Origin: the human T2T-CHM13v2.0 reference genome, Homo sapiens
Assembly: GCF_009914755.1 (NCBI RefSeq)
Contig: NC_060941.1
Reading direction: 5' to 3' (one strand)
Length of the DNA stretch: 64,000 nucleotides
Part shown: positions 56,029 to 64,000 of the stretch, piece by piece
Position numbering within the stretch: the first letter of the stretch is position 1
How the letters are laid out: each line of letters starts with the position of its first letter
Position numbers and translations under genes: made by a program
Notes under the pieces: model-generated
What the model was told of the DNA's origin: nothing
What the model saw: only the letters and a program-made list of their open reading frames with translations
The model's database searches: none

Positions 56029-57843
56029 CTAAAGCCTCCTCAAATCCATAGCAAATCAGGCAGGGTGGTCATGTCATTACTCCCAAGACAGAAACAGATT
56101 TTCTCCTGTCCCAGTATTGATACATTTCTTTCCACTGGGCTTTTCCTGTATTTAAGTGATGTGTTTTTGTTTTTAACACAATTATAATCCTACTGTACAT
56201 GTAAGATTATGCGCTTTCATTTAACATTGTACTATGATGATGTTTTCCATGTTTTTTAAGTTTTTCATAAAGTATAACTTTTGTTGGTTGTATCACAATC
56301 TTTTTTTTCTTTTTTGAGATGAGATCCTCCTCTGTTGCCCAGTGGCAGTGCAGTGGCATGATCACGATTTATTGCAGCCTTGACCGCCCAGACTCATGCA
56401 ATTCTCCCACCTCAGCTTCCTGAGTAACTGGGACCACAGGTGTGTACCACCATGCCTGGCTAATTTTTATTTTATTATTTGTAGAGATGAGGTTTTCCTA
56501 TGTTGTCCAGGTTGGTCTCCAACTCCTGGGATCAAGCAATCTTCCCGTCTCAGCCTTCCAAACTGCTTGGATTACAGGCATGAGCCACTGCACCTGGCTC
56601 ATAATGATTTTTAAAGCTTATTTGTATTAAGATATAATTCACATAACATTAAAAAACATTAAAAAACTGTATGTTTAAAAATATACAGCTTCGTGGGCTT
56701 TGTTTAGTATATTGTGCAATCATCACCGCTATCCAATTCCAGAGCTTTTTTTTTTTTTTTTTTTGAGACAGAGTTTTGCTCTTGTTGCCCAGGCTGGAGT
56801 GCAGTGGTACCATCTTGGCTCGCTGCAACCTCCGCCTCCCAGCTTCAAGCAATTCTCCTGCCCCTGCCTCCCGAGGGTGGGGAGGGATTACAGGCACCCG
56901 CCACCACATGAAGCTAATTTTCAGATTTTTGGTAGAGACAGGGTTTCACCCTGTTGGCCAGGCCAGTCTCGAACTCCTGACCTCAAGTGATCCACCCGCC
57001 TCGGCCTCCCCAAGTGCTGGGATTACAGGTGTGAACCACTGCACCTGGCCAGCACCATCTTATTAATACATTCCCACCAGCGAGGTCTGCGGTTCCAGTT
57101 TCTCGCCATCCCCGCTGACACTCGATGTTTTTTCTTTGGTGGATGCTCACATGCTTCTGCATGAGCCTTTTTCCCTCCTTTCCCCACGCCTCAGTTCTGG
57201 AGTCACCGTCTCTCTGAAGTCTCTCCTGACCCCATCCAAGTCGGCCTCCCCTCTGCTCTCCTTGCCCCGCTGCCTTCTGGGATGGATTACTGCTCAGTAT
57301 CTGCCACGGTATCTCCGGCTTCCTGAGGGCTGGTGTTTGGTAACTTTCTTATGCATCTCTGTCTCCAGCACCTGGGCCTGTGTTCGACGGCTCAGTAGAC
57401 ACTAGAGTGCAGGGATGGAGATGACACACCACCCAGCATGGCTCAGAGTGAAGTGATTTCCCCCTTCCACATCCTCATCTGCCTCCACCCCATGAAAGTA
57501 TTTATAGACAGGGAATCGTGGGAGTGGAGAACTACGTACGTAGCAGGGTTGAGTAGAGAAAGATGGGAAATGTCCACAGACGTCTTTTCTTTGCTCCCCT
57601 TTGCGGTGGGGATTCTGGAGATGTCAGGGACTGTGGGGATTGGCTGCTTGGTAGGCAGACATGAATGATGGGGTATCAGGACTAGATTCAGCTGCCCTGA
57701 AAGTGACAGAGCCCCACAATAGTGGCTTGAATTCATCAAAGTCCACAGTAAGCTCACCAGGGCTGGTTCAGCCACTGTCTCCATCAACTTCCCAGGAGCA
57801 GAGCACTGGCCCCTTCCAGCCCACCATGCCACAACCCTTAGGG

Positions 57844-58141
57844 CAGAAGGACCCAACCCAGTACGGGTCTGTGGCCTGTAAGGAGCTGGGCCCCACAGCA
57901 GGAGATGATGGCGGGCGAGCAAGCATTACCGCCTCCTGTCAGATCAGCGGCGGCACTAGATTCTCACAGGAGCACGAACCCTACGTGAACTGCGTACGCG
58001 AGGGATCTAGGTTCCACGCTCCTTATGAGAATCTAATACCTGATGATCTGAGGTGGAACAGTTTCATCCCAAAACCGTTCCCCCTCCACCGTGGGAAATT
58101 GTTTTCCATGCAACCGGTGACAAAAAGGTTGGGGACCGCTG
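57844..58141 (+). mobile_element. MER1B DNA transposon (hAT-Charlie MITE)
   Basis: CAG...CTG termini; internal 'gcattaccgcctcctgtcagatcagcggcggc...gagggatctagg...ccttatgagaatctaat'; 8-bp TSD ccttaggg / ccctaggg. Confidence 0.85.
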
Positions 58142-58363
58142 CCCTAGGGTGTGGCCATCAGTGTCAGCAGCCAGAGCTCCAGACATCACATGGGTAGTGA
58201 AGCAACAGGATGGAGACATGATTGCAAGAGAAAGGGGTTCCAGGAAGGTTATCTGGGGCCGTCATATGAAAATTTTACTTGAATCCTATTGGCCAGAGCT
58301 GAGTCACATGGCTGCACCTAAATGTCAGTAGCTGGGACAGGTGGTCTTTACTCTGGGTAGTCA

Positions 58364-58697
<334 letters not shown>

Positions 58698-59274
58698 CTA
58701 CTATGGAAGAAGAGGGGGGAAGGTGGCAGAAAACATGTCTGCCCAGATGGATAGATGAAGAGAAACATCTATTGAGGAAGTATATGATTCCTCTGGCATT
58801 AGGCTGGATATTTTATTTTATTTTATTTTTCCAGATGGAGTTTCGCTCTTGTCGCCCAGGCTGGAGTGCAATGATGCGATTCGGGTCACTGCAACCTCCG
58901 CCTCCTGGATTCAAGCGATTCTGCTGCCTCAGCCTCCTGAGTAGCTGGGATTACAAGCATGGGCCACCAGGCCTGGCTAATTTTTTGTACTTTTAGTAGA
59001 GATGGGGTTTCACCATGTTGGTCAGGCTGGTCTCAAACTCCTGACCTCAAGTGATCAACCTGCCTCAGCCTCCTAAAGTCCTGGGATTACAGGTGTGAGC
59101 CACCGTGCCTGTCCAGGCTGGATATTATATACATTAGCCATGTCTCCCAAAAACCCTAGGAGGCCAACATCACATTCCATCATACTGCTGAGGAAACAAG
59201 CTCAGAGGCATCAGCCACCTCGCCCAAGGTCACATAACCAGCAGGATCTGGAGCTAGGACCAAGAACCCAGTTC

Positions 59275-59891
<617 letters not shown>

Positions 59892-59894
59892 TGA

Positions 59895-60194
<300 letters not shown>

Positions 60195-60589
60195 TAGTGG
60201 GGATGAAGTTTCTACATGTTGGCCAGGCTGGTCTTGAACTCCAGATCTTAAGTGATACACCTGCCTCAGCCTCCCAAAGTGCTGGGATTACTGGTGTGAG
60301 CCACTGCGCCTGGCCTATTTGCTCCTTTAATGAACTTTCGTCTTCACTAGTGGTCTCAGGACAAGCAGAGCAGGCAGTGGAAGAGCCTTGGAGCTCACCT
60401 GGCCATCGGTTTAAATGTGCCATTTAGACATGATTTCTTGAGGCCAGGTGTGGAGGCTTTCACCTGTAGTCCTAGCACTTTGGGAGGCTGAGGCAGGAGA
60501 ATTGCTTGAGGCCAAGAGTTCAAGATGAACCTGGCCAACATAGCAAGACCCTGTCTCTAAAAAAAGAAAAAAAAAAGACACAATTTTGT

Positions 60590-62720
<2,131 letters not shown>

Positions 62721-62801
62721 AGGCCAGGCGCAGTGGCTCACACCTATAATCCTAGCACTTGGGAGGCCTAGGTGGGTGGATCACTGGAGGTCAGGAGTTC
62801 A

Positions 62802-63080
<279 letters not shown>

Positions 63081-63522
63081 TCACTTGGAGCCTAGGAGTT
63101 TGAGACCAGCCTGGGTAACATAGTGAGACCTCATCTCTACAAAAAATATAAAAATTAGCTGGGTGTGGTGGTGTGTTCCTGGAGTCAGCTACTTGGGAGG
63201 CTGAGGTGGGAGGATGGCTTGAGCCTGGGAAGTTGAGGTTACAAGAGCTGTAGTTGTGTCACTGCACTGCAGCCTGGATGACAGAGTGACAGCCTGTCTC
63301 AAAAAAAAAAAAAAACTGTAAAACCAAAAAACAAAAATCTATGAATTATTTTGCACTCAGTAAGAACAGAATAAGAATCATGGATAGGCACAGGGCTGAC
63401 CAGAAGCTGGCTGAACTCAAAATGATTTACCAGATGTGGGCACTAGCATAGATTAACCCATCTTGTGCTAGTTACTTAATACACCTTATCCTGTGTAATC
63501 TTATAACCCACACTCAGCCTAA

Positions 63523-64000
<478 letters not shown>

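Noticed and set aside
57443-58331. ORFs of 159-178 aa in the distal non-Alu island
   Set aside because: They overlap MER1B and other degraded repeat sequence; no splice structure or homology.

Overview
This is primate genomic DNA, recognisable from the encoded proteins as the human chr17q25.1 locus. It holds four spliced protein-coding genes, all reconstructed by hand from GT-AG boundaries. GGA3 (minus strand) has coding exons 1-4 here and continues off the left edge. MRPS7 (plus, 242 aa) is head-to-head with GGA3 across a CpG-island promoter. MIF4GD/SLIP1 (minus, 222 aa, plus a 102-nt cassette exon) converges on MRPS7, with apparently overlapping 3' ends. SLC25A19 (minus, 320 aa) is the mitochondrial thiamine-pyrophosphate carrier. 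GGA3 intron 1 carries a 5.67-kb two-LTR HERV-H provirus (8707-14371) with a CCTAT TSD, tRNA-His PBS, PPT and degraded gag/pro/pol. The rest is very Alu-dense, with MER20, MER1B, MST, MIR, L2 and old L1 remnants; 46-64 kb has no gene I can support. I find no convincing new multi-gene system. The best second-look items are: (1) a tailless retrocopy of the tRNA-Ile(UAU) 5' half whose target site was re-used by two Alus; (2) a candidate GGA3 poison exon whose donor lies in one copy of a triplicated Alu target site; (3) a HERV-H splice donor and LTRs pointing at MRPS7; (4) alternative N-terminus and antisense-exon signals in MRPS7 intron 1; (5) overlapping uORFs in SLC25A19. Most ORFs in the supplied track are Alu or GC-rich artefacts.
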